Made by a program: the position numbers and the translations under genes. Shown in pieces: positions 1 to 11,805 of a DNA stretch of 64,000 nucleotides. The DNA is from Podarcis bocagei (lineage: Eukaryota): the NCBI GenBank assembly GCA_964188305.1, contig OZ076894.1, one strand, 5' to 3'. Positions within the stretch are counted from its first letter, which is position 1; every line of letters begins with the position of its first letter. The notes beneath the pieces are model-generated. The model did not search any database. It was not told where the DNA came from and was given only the letters and a program-made list of their open reading frames with translations.

Positions 1-29
1 GGTTTTAATGGCATATAATGGCCCATCTT

Positions 30-357
30 GGGATGCGGGTGGCGCTGTAGGTTAAACCACAGAGCCTAGAACTTGCCGATCAGAAGGTCGGCAGTTCAAA
101 TCCCTGCGACGGGGTGAGCTCCCATTGTTCGGTCCCTGCTCCTGCCAACCAAGCAGTTTGAAAGCACGTCAAAGCACAAGTAGATAAATAGGTACCACTC
201 CAGTGGGAAGGTAAACGGCGTTTCCATGCGCTGCTCTGGTTCACCAGAAGCGGCTTAGTCATGCTGGCCACATGACCCGGAAGCTGTACGCTGCCCCCCC
301 CGGCCAATAAAGCGAGATGAGCGCCGCAACCCCAGAGTCAGTCACGACTGGACCTTT
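30..357 (+). mobile_element. Sauria SINE (tRNA-derived), near full length
   Basis: Head GGGATGCGGGTGGCGCTGT, box-B-like GTTCAAATCCC, typical body, 3' GAGTCAGTCACGACTGGACC. Flanked by a perfect 14-bp TSD TAATGGCCCATCTT (16-29 and 358-371). Confidence 0.92.
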
Positions 358-1792
358 TAATGGCCCATCTTAGTTCTCCTTAAATGATGTGCTCCTCCTT
401 CTCCTTCTCCTTCTCCTCCTCCTCACTTCTCTTCTGCATTTGTAAGAAAAGTTATAATAGTCACCTCTTAATTTTAAAAATAAAAGTCATTCATAATAAT
501 TGTGTAGAGACATGCTCCCAAGTAAGCAACCATTTGTCAAAAGTTTGAAACAAGGTCATATGTTGTTTGAACAGGCAATTGGTTCCCACTCTAGGCAATA
601 TCAACATGGCTTGCAGAAGTGACCTCATGCACCATCCTGTGTATTTTCTCTGTGTGTATATAGTTAGTCTTGCACTTAGGATTTTTCATAGCATGCGAAT
701 TTGGTGCTGGGGTAGGGATGGATTATCTGAGGAGAGAGTGCCTGTGGGTGTACAAGAGTATGCTTGTGAGAGTGCGGGACAGCCACACTCACTGTTGTTG
801 AGGCATATCAAAGTGTAGATATACACAATCATATCTTCCAAAGAATATTTGCTATTGAGAATTCATAGATTCCATCACTGATAGCTTTATTTTATGTATA
901 CCATTGTTGGCACCACCTTAGAATGTAAGCATAATTTTTTCCTACTGTTTGGGCTTGTGTGTGTGTGTGATTTCTTGGCTAACATTATCCTCATTAAGTC
1001 CTGGGGCAGTTCAGTTTCCTAGCGCTTGCTTTGGAAGTCAGTTGACCATAGATGAGTGAAGTAGACCCGGTATTTCAAGAAGAAATAATGCTGTTTTCTT
1101 CTGACCTTTTTTATCAGCTGATTGTCAGTAGTTCAGGGCTTAAACTGGCTAAGCCTGGATATATGGGATCCCTTGTGTTCACCCCCAGCCCGACAAATAA
1201 TTCCTCACATACCATTTGAGGATCCTGCCTTCCTTAAAGCAAGGCAAAGCTCGAAAAACTTTTCTTTCTGGGTAGGCTCAGCAGAACAGGGCCACTCTTA
1301 TCATTGCATGGCCCACTTCACACCTCTTCTGGCCCAAACATTTGACAATTAAATCAGAATGCTCTGCTGTTCTCTATTGCAGTTTCCTACTGTTTGCCTC
1401 TACTTCAGGCATTGCAAAGGATTGACAGATTCATACCAGATCATTCAATCAGTGCTTATTCCTGTCAGAAATGTGGTCCTTTCACTAATCTCTACATGGT
1501 ATCGCATCAGCTATATGATCGTTCTTCTTCTTTTTTGGAGAACAGCCAAGGTTATACAATATCTGTGGAATTAACTGATAAAATAAATATAAAATTGCAG
1601 ACTCCTAACTAGGGGAGATGAGAAACCTGCGAAAGGGAGGATATAAATAGCCAATATGCTGTACAGAATGAGAATTTGACACCTGTTCCACATGCATGAA
1701 AGCAAAAGTTGTATAGTTGTGAATCATATCCATGGGGTCATGAAATCATGAGCATAGTCTGTTTCATCTGTCAAAGCTCGCTATGTAGCCTT

Positions 1793-1887
1793 GTTATCTG
1801 AAGAAGTGTGCATGCACACGAAAGCTCATACCAAGAACTAACTTAGTTGGTGTTTAAGGTGCTACTGGAAGGAATTTTTTTATTTTG
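1793..1887 (+). mobile_element. Penelope-like retroelement terminal fragment
   Basis: Near-identical to the reverse complement of 45810-45886. Perfect 11-bp TSD TATGTAGCCTT (1782-1792 and 1888-1898). Carries a hammerhead motif typical of Penelope-like pseudo-LTRs. Confidence 0.8.
1795..1830 (+). ncRNA. Minimal type I hammerhead ribozyme motif
   Basis: TAT-CTGAAGA(1798-1804)-A-GTGTG catg CACAC-GAAA(1820-1823)-GC-TC-ATA. Complete catalytic core, stem II, palindromic AGCT stem III and CUC cleavage triplet. Stem I is only 3 bp. Confidence 0.78.
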
Positions 1888-2271
1888 TATGTAGCCTTAG
1901 ACAATGTCTTTTTCTTGTTCTTTGCAGTTTCTTACAAGTAAATCAGTAACTAATAATAAGAACGTTCAATAAGGGAAAGTCTGCCTCAGCTGTCAGCTTT
2001 GCCTCTGGTGTCCTGTGAATCAGGCAGTGGAGAGCTTTTTTTTTTTTTAAGTAAAATCTCTGCAAGATTTAAGGCACAAAATATACAATCTGAATCCCGC
2101 CCTGCTCCCATTGTTGATGGATGCATTGTGCATTGGTGAAAAGGAGCACTGACACAGGGGCGTCTCTGCTGTTCCACCTGGAATTCAAACATGCCTTTGA
2201 AGATCCATTTCTTAAGTGCTTTACCACATATTTGTACCATGGTAGTGCTGCTGTAGTTTACCCACTTTAAT

Positions 2272-2627
2272 GGGACGTGGCCTCTTGGGCTTGCTGATCA
2301 GAAGATCAGTGGTTCGAATCCCCGTGACGGGTTGAGCTCCCCTTGCTTTGTCCCAGCTTCTGCCAACCTAGCAGTTCGAAAGCATCCCACTGCAAGTAGA
2401 TAAATAGGTACCACTGTGGTGGGAAGGTAAATGGCGTTTCCGTGCACTCTGGTTTCCATCACGGTGTTCCGTTGTGACAGTAGCGGTTTAGTCATGCTGG
2501 TCACGTGACCTGGAAAGCTGCCTGTGGACAAACACCAGTTCCCTTGGCCTGAAAGCGAGATGAGCACCACAACCCCATAGTTGCCTTTGACTGGACTTAA
2601 CTGTCCAGGGGTCCTTTACCTTTACCC
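2272..2627 (+). mobile_element. Sauria SINE with a short internal deletion in the head
   Basis: Homologous to 30-357. Box B GGTTCGAATCCC and 3' tail GGGGTCCTTTACCTTTACC. Confidence 0.9.
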
Positions 2628-3281
2628 ACGTGAGCTTTTTGTGGGTCCCCACTCACCAGCAGAAAACCAGTGAAAAAAGAGGTTGGAGGTAATCAACACA
2701 AGCTTCAGCACTTTGAAAAGAAGCTGGAAACCAAATAAGTCTCATACAAATAGAACCATTTTTTCATTTAAACTTCATTCTCTGTGTGTGTGTATGTTAA
2801 AAGATCTACACAGAGCAACAAAATCAGAACATCACACAGGGAAATCCATGGATTTCATATTTTAATAGTTTAATTTATTTTTTCTTGCAAAACATCTGCA
2901 GGCTGGAAGCCTTGCCAGTGTGTTTCCAATTAATGCTTGACGTTGCAAGCTAATGGCATGGATTCCACTCAGACATTTTACATCACCGTCCACTGCAAGA
3001 TGTGTTTTCTGTGGAGCTGGTGCACACTGTCATTTGACAGTTCTATATACAAAGCATGATGCAAACGGAGAATAAGCTGTGCCATATTTAAACAAAGAAC
3101 ACATTCAGAACTATTCGTCGAGCCTCTAGAAAGCTGGTAAATTTCTGAAAGACATTGCCAGTGGAAACGAACACATTGCTGGTGTCTTTATAATGCTATA
3201 AAGGACAGCAGAAAGCTTATTTCTTTTCTGACAAGCTGCCCTTGCCTTTTATCTGTCATTGAACTGGGACAGAGAGCTCAC

Positions 3282-3364
3282 CATGCAGGTATTGTTTTCC
3301 ATGGACTCCCCAGTGGCACATTCAGCAGTGATGCTCAAACACCGAATGGGTGAAAACAGAAGTC
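3282..3364 (-). other. Candidate internal exon (83 nt), gene unknown
   Basis: Minus strand ...cccacttag|GACTT...TGCATG|gtgagc. One frame is open (LLFSPIRCLSITAECATGESMENNTCM). The acceptor is weak. Confidence 0.2.
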
Positions 3365-3612
3365 CTAAGTGGGCACAACCATGAAGCGTCCACAAAACAT
3401 AGGTGAGAGGGGGTGGAAATGAGTATGCTAGGTCTGCTCCCTCTTTTGTCATATCCGTCTTCCTCAACTTGTGGAGGGCAACTGTGTAATGCAGGGACAC
3501 CCTGTGTTTGTGGAGGTTTTCCTTTTCAGAGGAGGTTTGGATTTCCTTACTTAAATGAAGTGTCAAGGTCCTACCATCCTATTTTTTTAAAACTTTGGGG
3601 GGCGGGAGAGGG

Positions 3613-3786
3613 CAGTGGCATAGCGTGGGGGTGCAGGGGGGGCTGGTCACACTGGGTGCAACATCTGGGGGGCGCTCGCACTCGCAGCTCTCTGCCCCTA
3701 CCTGGCTCACTCACTCTCTCTCTCAGGTTAGGGGGCGCAAATTACTTGCCTTGCCCTGGGTGCTGACAACCCACGCTACGCCACTG
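3613..3786. mobile_element. hAT-type MITE
   Basis: TIRs CAGTGGCATAGCGTGG / CCACGCTACGCCACTG. Perfect 8-bp TSD GGAGAGGG. Same family as 56080-56226. Confidence 0.9.
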
Positions 3787-3805
3787 GGAGAGGGTTACTA
3801 TTATG

Positions 3806-4029
3806 TGCGCAGGTAGCGCTGTGGTCTAAACCACTGAGTCTCTTGGGCTTGCTGATCGGAAGGTCGTCGATTTGAATCGTGAGCTCCCGTTGCTATGTCC
3901 CAGCTCCTGCCAACCTAGCAGTTCAAAAGCACACCAGTACGAGTAGATAAATAGGTATCACTGTGGCAGGAAGGTAAACGGCATTTCCATGCACTCTAGT
4001 TTCCATCACAGTGTTCTGTTGCTCCAGAA
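3806..4029 (+). mobile_element. Sauria SINE, 3'-truncated and degraded
   Basis: Homology to the head and body of the other Sauria SINE copies in the window. Confidence 0.85.
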
Positions 4030-5324
4030 CTAGGTGCACCGAAATATATTACGGCCCATCCCCAGCAGGAAATGCAGCAGGGTTGGTAGGTTCTGGTGCA
4101 CTTTGCACCTGCTTGCTTGCTTTCCTGTATCAGTGGGGGGGGGGGGTGGGGTTTGGACTATATGGCTCCATCAGGTTTGATCTTTCAAAATTAATAAGCA
4201 GGGTTATCTTCTTTAAGTAAAGTAGGTCAAACCCTTCCACTCCAACATGCACAGTCACTAAAAAGTTTGGTGGAATTTACCCACTCCTTCATCTTTTAGG
4301 GCTTTCTATTTTTTGACACTCCCCTCCCTCAAAATCCTAGCTGAAGATTTTGGTTCAGGATTAATCTTGAATTCATATACAGCTCCAGTCCTGCGCATAC
4401 CAAAGAACACACACATAATCAAATCAAGATTGTTTGTTTTTATCAGTACAATTTGCAGCAATGTAACTATGACAGTTTCTAGGCACAGGTTTTTCATGCA
4501 TATTTTTTCTGGATGCTACGTATTGTTTTCTCAACCAGAAAGGGGGAGGTGGAAATACACTAGGGAGATACTAGAGGACCGAGAAATGCCTCAGGCCATC
4601 TTCCTTGATAGTAAATAGTAGTGGTATCTGGTCTTAAATTGTGTGTGTATCTAATTAAAACCAGCAAAGGTACCTCTGCAGCTAAAGCTATTCAAATGAA
4701 AGTATTTGGACAAGAGAGCTGGAATATGATACCTTAAACTATTGCGCCAACTACAAAGACAGTGCTAGTGTATTCAGAACTGACCCACTGGGCTTGATGA
4801 CACTTTTCAGAGAATGTCTCCTTTATTTTTGTTCTTGAAGGGATGCATTTACTAGTGATGTGCACCAGACCTAAAATTTATCCTGTATCTGTACATTTTT
4901 TAAAATGTGGGTTTGTTTCTGAGTCACTCTCTGCTTCAGTCTGAGTTTCAGGCTCTGAGGTGCTATGCATAAAATGAAGGGCTGTTGTCCCTCTTTACCA
5001 AGGGCACCAACTAGAGGGGGCTCTGGGTGCCCAAGCAGCCACACCACAGGGCCCTAATGCAACTTCTGGTGCCTCGCAAAGCACTGGAAGTCAACTTTGA
5101 GACCTTGCAAGACCTTGGTTCCTGACTTCCAGAAGTCAGGTTCCAAGACCAGGAGGGCATGTGTGACATCATGATGTCATGTGCACTGGGCTCCTAGAAC
5201 CTGGGGCCCAAGTCGCATCTCCTGCTTTTTACTATAATGGAAAAATTGAAAATTGCTTGCTCCCCCCTCCTTTTGGACAAAGCAGGTCAAATTTACAGGC
5301 ACAAGAGTTGCTCCAAAGTAGATT

Positions 5325-5415
5325 GGTCACCCAGCAGCTGCATGTGGAGGAGCGGAGTCACGAACCCGGTTCACCAGATTATGAGACTACTGCTCTTAAC
5401 CACTACACCACACTG
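5325..5415 (-). mobile_element. tRNA-derived SINE head fragment (Squam3-like)
   Basis: Matches 26771-26860. Minus-strand box A GTGGTGTAGTGG and box B GGTTCGTGACTCC. Confidence 0.75.
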
Positions 5416-6605
5416 AAGAGCTCTGACGCTCATTTGCTTGTTTATTATTTGTTCAAGCAAATCCATGTAGAATTATTTAAAATAAACCAGTATGGATTGT
5501 CTGAAACGGAGTTCCCCACATGATGGAGAACCATACTTTTCTGGGGCTCTGTTTCATGTGGAGAGCCTTCATGAGTAGCCAAGGCTCCTGGATTCAGATA
5601 GTTACCCTCCAACTCATGAAGGGCAACCAGGACCATAATTGGAGTGGCGAGCAGAGCTGGCATGCTCATCCCCAGTACCCATATTTATTTAACACAGAAT
5701 TTGAACAGCTAAAGAAGGCATATGATTCATTTCATGACAGTAGTTCAGTAAGATTTCTCATTATCTATAGCAGTTAGCAATAATGGGAATATAAGGAGGA
5801 AACTGGAATTATAATTAGAAACAAACAAATCTATCCTTTGGAATGGTACAAAACTGTGAGGAAGGGGTTGCTAATAAAACCTTTTAAATGCCCCTGTATG
5901 TCTTGAACCTGTGTAGAATGATTGCAATTCTGGTGTTCTGGATTAATCCAAGCCCAAGATCTACCAGGCTATGGGGAATTGGAATAAGTGGATCTCTGGC
6001 TGAGCTTGCCCTGGCTCGGCTGGGGCTATGCTGGCTGAAGTCTGTCATTCCAGCTTAACTGGATACGCTAGTACAAATCCAGCATCTCTGCTCAGCTGGG
6101 ACTCATCTAAGACTGGGTTAAGTCCTGGAAAGGGGGCATTCTGGGGAGGTGGTGAGAGTGGGATGGGGCAGGGGGAGAATTACCCCTATTCCAGACTCCT
6201 TTTAGTCATACATCTAGCAATCCAGCAGATGTTAAACTGGCAAAAAGGGTGATATAAGTCAAACGTTTTAAAGCTTTGTTTCCCCTCTGCCACGCTCAGA
6301 GTTTCAAGCAGGGGTAAGTTATACTGGCACAATTTCCCCAGGCGTAATAAATCACGCTGGCTTCCTATAGTTTGGGTAGATCTGCACAGCTGCAATGCTC
6401 ACTTAACCTGGAAGTATGTTCCGCTGAACTCGCTGGGACTTCCTTCTACATATAGGACTGCACTCTTAATGTAGGAAGGTACAAGGACACGTGCAAAGAA
6501 GCTATGATTTGAATTCACAGCCTTCCCACAGCTGGCTATCTAAACCAGTTTGTCCATTATGTTTACGTGGTGTGCTTTCTCTCCCAAATGGACCTTGCTC
6601 CTTAC

Positions 6606-6629
6606 CTCATATACCAAAGCAGATGCTAG
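6606..6629 (-). other. Candidate 24-nt microexon (LASALVYE in frame 0)
   Basis: Minus strand: ctctaat branch point, pyrimidine tract, then cag|CTAGCATCTGCTTTGGTATATGAG|gtaag. Length is divisible by 3 and only frame 0 is open. Confidence 0.4.
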
Positions 6630-7326
6630 CTGTTTCAAACCAGGCAGGAAAGATTAGAGAATAGAAATAAGATGTTTGTTTACTAGGCTCTTGATGAAAC
6701 AACCACCATCCAACTCCCACATGCATTACAAAAAGAAGCAAAGATTTGTTTGGGTTTATTCTAAACAGAATCAACTCTTTTAATAAAGATGTGTGTATTT
6801 GTTTTGCATGAACTGGGCAGGTCTGTATTCCATTAGAATCTAAGATAATACAACCTTTTAGAAAATTGATAATGAAGGTCAATCTCTCTGGTATCTTTGC
6901 AGATAATTCGATACATGTTCCTTTGGACTATATCTTCTGCATTTAAGTTTTGGCACCAGAACATTTGATGGCTACACTGTTTGCCGTTCTGTTCTCTTTG
7001 CCAGCTGCTTTTGGGAAAAATCAAAGAAAATCTGAGGCAGGATACATCAAGCCACAGTTGTTGACTAATGTTTTATAGCTCCCTCATTCTTTATGGGTTT
7101 ATAGGTTGAACATCTCATTCAGTATTTCTAAATTGTTCCTTTCCGGGCTTCTAGAGTGTTCAGTTTCACTGTTGGTAGACTATTTTGTAATCATAAAACA
7201 GGTTAGTATTCTACAAAACCAGTTTTCTTCTTCTTTCAGTAGCCTTGACTTCTTTTGGTGACACTGATACATCAGTAAAATAGAGCACCTTTTGAAGATG
7301 AAAATCTCTGTGATGGTGCTTACAAA

Positions 7327-7611
7327 TAGGGTTGGGCAATATACTGATATATTGTCCCAAACCAGTTTGAAGTCCATATTGTGATATCGGTTTCATAATT
7401 TTTGACCACCTGGCAATATATCATGAATCATGATGTTTGTGTGTGTGCGCGCGCGCACACACTTACTATGCAAAAATCATGATGCAGAAATAACCATGAA
7501 GCCAGCCAATCCCTCTTCATTTTTGTTTCAGGCATTGTGATATATTGGTATATTGGGATGTTTTACTGGCAATATATCTTGATGTTGAAAAACAGGTCTC
7601 ACCCAGCCCTA
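7327..7611. mobile_element. hAT-type non-autonomous DNA transposon
   Basis: TIRs TAGGGTTGGG / CCCAGCCCTA. Degenerate 8-bp TSD CTTACAAA / GTTACAAC. Confidence 0.7.
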
Positions 7612-9075
7612 GTTACAACTATAATAATTGATTCAGACCTGCACCTAGCCATGCAAGAAGCCACAATATTTTGGGGCATTTTGCAGGGCACTCCAAACCC
7701 CTTTTGTGCTGGGCTAGGTAGTGGTGGATTGGGTAAGTCAGTATCTTATCCACGCCTTCCATATTACTGATAGGGGCAATGGAGCCTGAGAGTGTGGAGC
7801 ATGGCTAAGACCACCTAGAGAGTTCATGGTAGAGGTGAGAATGGAGCTGGGGACTTTCTGATTCATAGCTTAGTCCTTTGGCCTCTTGCACTAACCAATC
7901 AGGAACAGCTATAATATGTTCCAGCTGCTGCTTATCTTGCTGATCTCCAGATGAATATAATTTCTGATACTTGGTCTACCGTTGCCAAAGGATCCCTCCA
8001 AAGGGTTGCAAACCCTTTGGCAGCTGTCTTCCAGGCAGAAGGAGACTCAAAGTACACTTTTTCAAGAGATTCTAGTTACAAGCTAAGACTCAGCACATCA
8101 CTGAGAGTCATCTCTCTGGTGTGGTGCATGCTGAACGCACAGCTTCTGATATGGTAAGTGCATTCCCCAAAGAGCTCTTATTAGCCCGTAAAGTGACATA
8201 AGATGGAGTTGCTTGGCCATCAGCTTAATTTCCCCAGAAAAAATTATACACTTTAATCACAGCCCGATACGTTTCACTTTCTATGCAGTTTAGCTTTAGA
8301 CCTTTAATAAAATATTATTAAAATCAACATCTGGTTATTAATATGCAATATGATTTTTAACACTTCAGTTACGGCCTTTTCAGACATGCCCCAGGTGTTG
8401 CCCTCCAAATGCCTCTCATTAACAAAAGAGATACGAGTTGGGGGTGCACTAATGAAAGAATCCGGCACTTTATGAAACTGGCCCCCAAACGGGGCCATGC
8501 CCTGAGTTCTGGCAGGAGTGGAGATTCCATCACCCTTTTCAGCATAAAAGAATACTTAGGACAGAATGAGGAACGCCTACGAGACTTCTCAGAAAAGATG
8601 TGCAATCTTTGAGCAAACACAGGTGGAAAGATCATAGCAAATTTCAACAGCAGCATTTTATGGAATCCATGAAACCTATGACTTGGCAGAAATGAGGCTT
8701 CCTCTTATTTTCTTAGGGAGAGACTAATGGAATAGACTCCACCATTTTGAGAGTCAGCAAAATTTCGTAAAGATAGTCAAAAGGAAATGAATTCTCCAAA
8801 GCAACAGGCAGAGGGAATGGAATCTGTCTCCTAGCACTTCCTTACTTACACAATATATCTCCAGTCAGCCAAGTAATTCTAATTCTCTTAGCCACTCAGG
8901 ACCCCTGCAGATGTCCTTTTTTATCGTGTATTTGTGATGATTTGTGCTCATCATACTATCAAGGTGGTTAAATGCAACCCTGCTTCCAATATTATTTTCA
9001 CTTTAAAAGGTTTTGGGATGAACATACTTCTTCCTTTCCAATCAGTGCCTGTCCTATAGATTTATGCTGAAATCC

Positions 9076-9304
9076 TGTGTGTGTGTCTGTGTGTGTGTGT
9101 GTGCGCACACACACACACACACATTTGACTCATAGGAGTCAAATATGAGGGGCCAAGGTCCCTCCAGCACCCCCTAAAATATTTGAGGGGGTCAGGCCCC
9201 CCAAGTTGATTGGCATTGCTATTCAAATGGTGTGCATGTGCCATGTGATGTGATTGATTATGAGGGGCAGGGTTTACCTGCCTCACCATATTTTATTCCA
9301 GTTG

Positions 9305-9341
<37 letters not shown>
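9076..9341. mobile_element. hAT-like MITE (about 9131-9308) between (GT)n/(CA)n microsatellites
   Basis: Reverse-complement homology to 54662-54815. Dinucleotide tracts lie on both sides. Confidence 0.7.
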
Positions 9342-9343
<2 letters not shown>

Positions 9344-9789
9344 CCCCTGCTTTTGCTGCCCCTTCAGATGGTAATAATGCAGTAACATTGGGAAAGTATT
9401 GAAGAGCACATAATAAAGTGGACTGACGTGTGGATGGCTTAGTGTAAATCCATCACTAATGCATCAATATTACATCAATGACATGTTGTAGAATATACCT
9501 GTTGGTCACACCCACCCATCTATTAGTATTTAAGAATTCTGATGACAACCTTGGGTGGTGCTTCCCTTCACTGCATGCAAATTGATTATTGACATAGGAG
9601 AATCAAATGATGTGAGCAGATATAATGTCTGGGGGGGCCAGTGTGTGTGAGAGAGAAATAGTGGTATTTACACATGTGTGGATGGCTCAGTGTTCCTAAG
9701 GAGCAGGAGGATCTGTATTGAGTCATCAATAGAAGTGGCGCCTTCAAGGTTTTCTTAAATTTGATGAAAACATGTTTTCCCCTGCACTG

Positions 9790-9908
9790 GAATGGAAAAC
9801 CTGTGGTTCTCCAGATGTCACTGGACCACAACTTCCATCGCCCATTAGTGTTGGCCAGTGGTAGTTGGAGTCCAATCCCATCTGGAGGACCACAGGTTCC
9901 CATCACTG
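9790..9908. mobile_element. Palindromic MITE; degraded relatives near 22350, 27560, 31760, 47880 and 57950
   Basis: Arms AACCTGTGGTTCTCCAGATG...CATCTGGAGGACCACAGGTT form a long imperfect hairpin. Confidence 0.7.
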
Positions 9909-11399
9909 CTGTAACCGGTCTGATTATTCAGTGGTACCCAGATCCCCAAGTTATTTACTAAGTGAACCAATGAGAAAGGACATAAAAGGCAAAGGAAACA
10001 ATAAGGAAGGCGGTTTTCTTTGGGTGCATCAGAGCAAATGTATCTTTAGTGGTGCTTTCTTAAAGGTGTTGTGGGATTATTTAGTCAGTCGTATCCCACA
10101 CTGTGCCATTTGGAATATGCGCTGACTTTTAAAAGCAATTTAACAAGCGAGCATGTTAGCATATGGCAAGTTATTTCTGCTAGAGTCTGTAAAAGGTCTT
10201 GGCACAGAAAAGGTGTGTGATAAAGTGCATTCCAAAGAAAAAGCTCCAAATTAAGTATTTGACAAGGGCTCCCCAAGGTGTCATGGCAGATTGGGTGGGG
10301 AGTGGGGGGGGGAGAGGTGACCTATGGAGCTGGCAAAAGCTCAGATCATTTGTGAAAGCGTTTCTGGGCTGCCAAAATAGCAGAGAATTCTCTGGATAAT
10401 TTGCTAAACCAACTGAAAAAGAGGCAGTCATAAATAAAGGATGCAAGCAGATGTCTGTCCACTCTGGAGTTAACTCTAAGCCTATTAAAACTTTAAATGC
10501 TACCTTCCTGATGGTCCCGGAGGCTTGAAATAGTGTACCGCTAGGAGTTTGCCGAGGATTCAAAGTGTGGTTGCTGAGCGCCTTCAGGCTCTTGCCTGAA
10601 GAACTCCAAAGCAACAAGTTGTAAATCAGCCTGCTGAGGAGAATCCAAGCAGCTCGGCTCCAAACTGAAGCTCAGGGTCCAGCAAGCTTCAGTGATTTCA
10701 GAACCATAATAACACTCTTGTTCTCGGTCTCACCCATATCGTGATTTACAGCACTGAGTGGAAGCACAGCTGAAAGTACACGGCTCTTGCTTGCTCACCT
10801 CCCTGAGAGTGCTGAAGGATATTGGCATGCATTCTGCATACAGCGTCAGCGCATAGTACAATTTCTGTGTGTGCTGATGGCCAAAATACAAATGTTACAA
10901 GCTTCAGAAGGCATGTGTGTGTATGTCACTTTTTTGTAAATGCTGTACAAAGACTTTATATACTTTTAAATGATTTGTAACTATGCATTTTCAGTATATG
11001 AAGTCTTTTTCACATCATTCATAATACAGGAGGAAAAACACACACACACAAACAAACACACACACACACAGAGAGAGAGAGGGGAGTTCATAATATTCTG
11101 CTTGTTGGCCATCATTAAAGCATTACATATGGCTTTGATATTGATTCATACTCTCCTTTCCCTGGAAAGTAGGAAGTTCCAGGAGGCATCCACAGCCTTT
11201 GTGGGTACTCTGTGGCCCTCAAGCATTATTGTTGGGGCCCCAAATGTTTGCCATCCAGCTCTTTGGGGACAGTTTCCTTCTGAGGGGTGAGCGGCAGTAA
11301 TGTAGGGCACACAAATATTTCTAAGTCCCACTGATTTCTTGGTGAAATAAGTATCATTTTTTTAATTTTGGCTGCATTAGGCACTCAGGCTACAACACT

Positions 11400-11805
11400 T
11401 TGTTGTTTAGTCGTTTAGTCCTGTCCGACTCTTCGTGACCCCATGGACCAGAGCACGCCAGGCACTCCTGTCTTCCACTGCCTCCCGCAGTTTGGTCAGA
11501 CTCATGTTTGTAGCTTCAAGAACACTGTCCAACCATCTCGTCCTCTGTCGTCCCCTTCTCCTTGTGCCCTCCATCTTTCCCAACATCAGGGTCTTTTCCA
11601 GGGAGTCTTCTCTTCTCATGAGGTAACCAAAGTATTGGAGCCTCAGCTTCAGGATCTGTCCTTCCAGTGAGCGCTCAGGGCTGATTTCCTTCAGAATGGA
11701 TAGGTTTGATCTTCTTGCAGTCCATGGGACTCTCAAGAGTCTCCTCCAGCACCACAATTCAAAAGCATCACTTCTTTGGCGATCAGCCTTCTTTATGGTC
11801 CAGCT
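11400..11805 (-). mobile_element. BovB (RTE-clade) LINE, 5'-truncated
   Basis: Translation WCWRRLLRVPWTARRSNLSILKEI...RRRGRQRTRWLD...WRALVHGVTKSRT is the RTE ORF C-terminus. (CAA)n tail and TSD GCTACAACACT (11389-11399 and 11803-11813). Confidence 0.95.

Noticed and set aside
30-110. tRNA gene at SINE heads (also near 26860, 32409 and 38672)
   Set aside because: Box A/B motifs belong to tRNA-derived SINEs and there is no complete cloverleaf.
7951-8656. Apparent two-exon plus-strand CDS (donor at 8154, acceptor at 8383) and overlapping minus-strand ORFs
   Set aside because: Joining the exons in the long open frame creates TGA at the junction, the phase-0 alternative stops early, and no peptide is recognisable.
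10660-10700. Pre-miRNA hairpin
   Set aside because: The stem is only about 9 bp, and I could not match it to a known mature miRNA.
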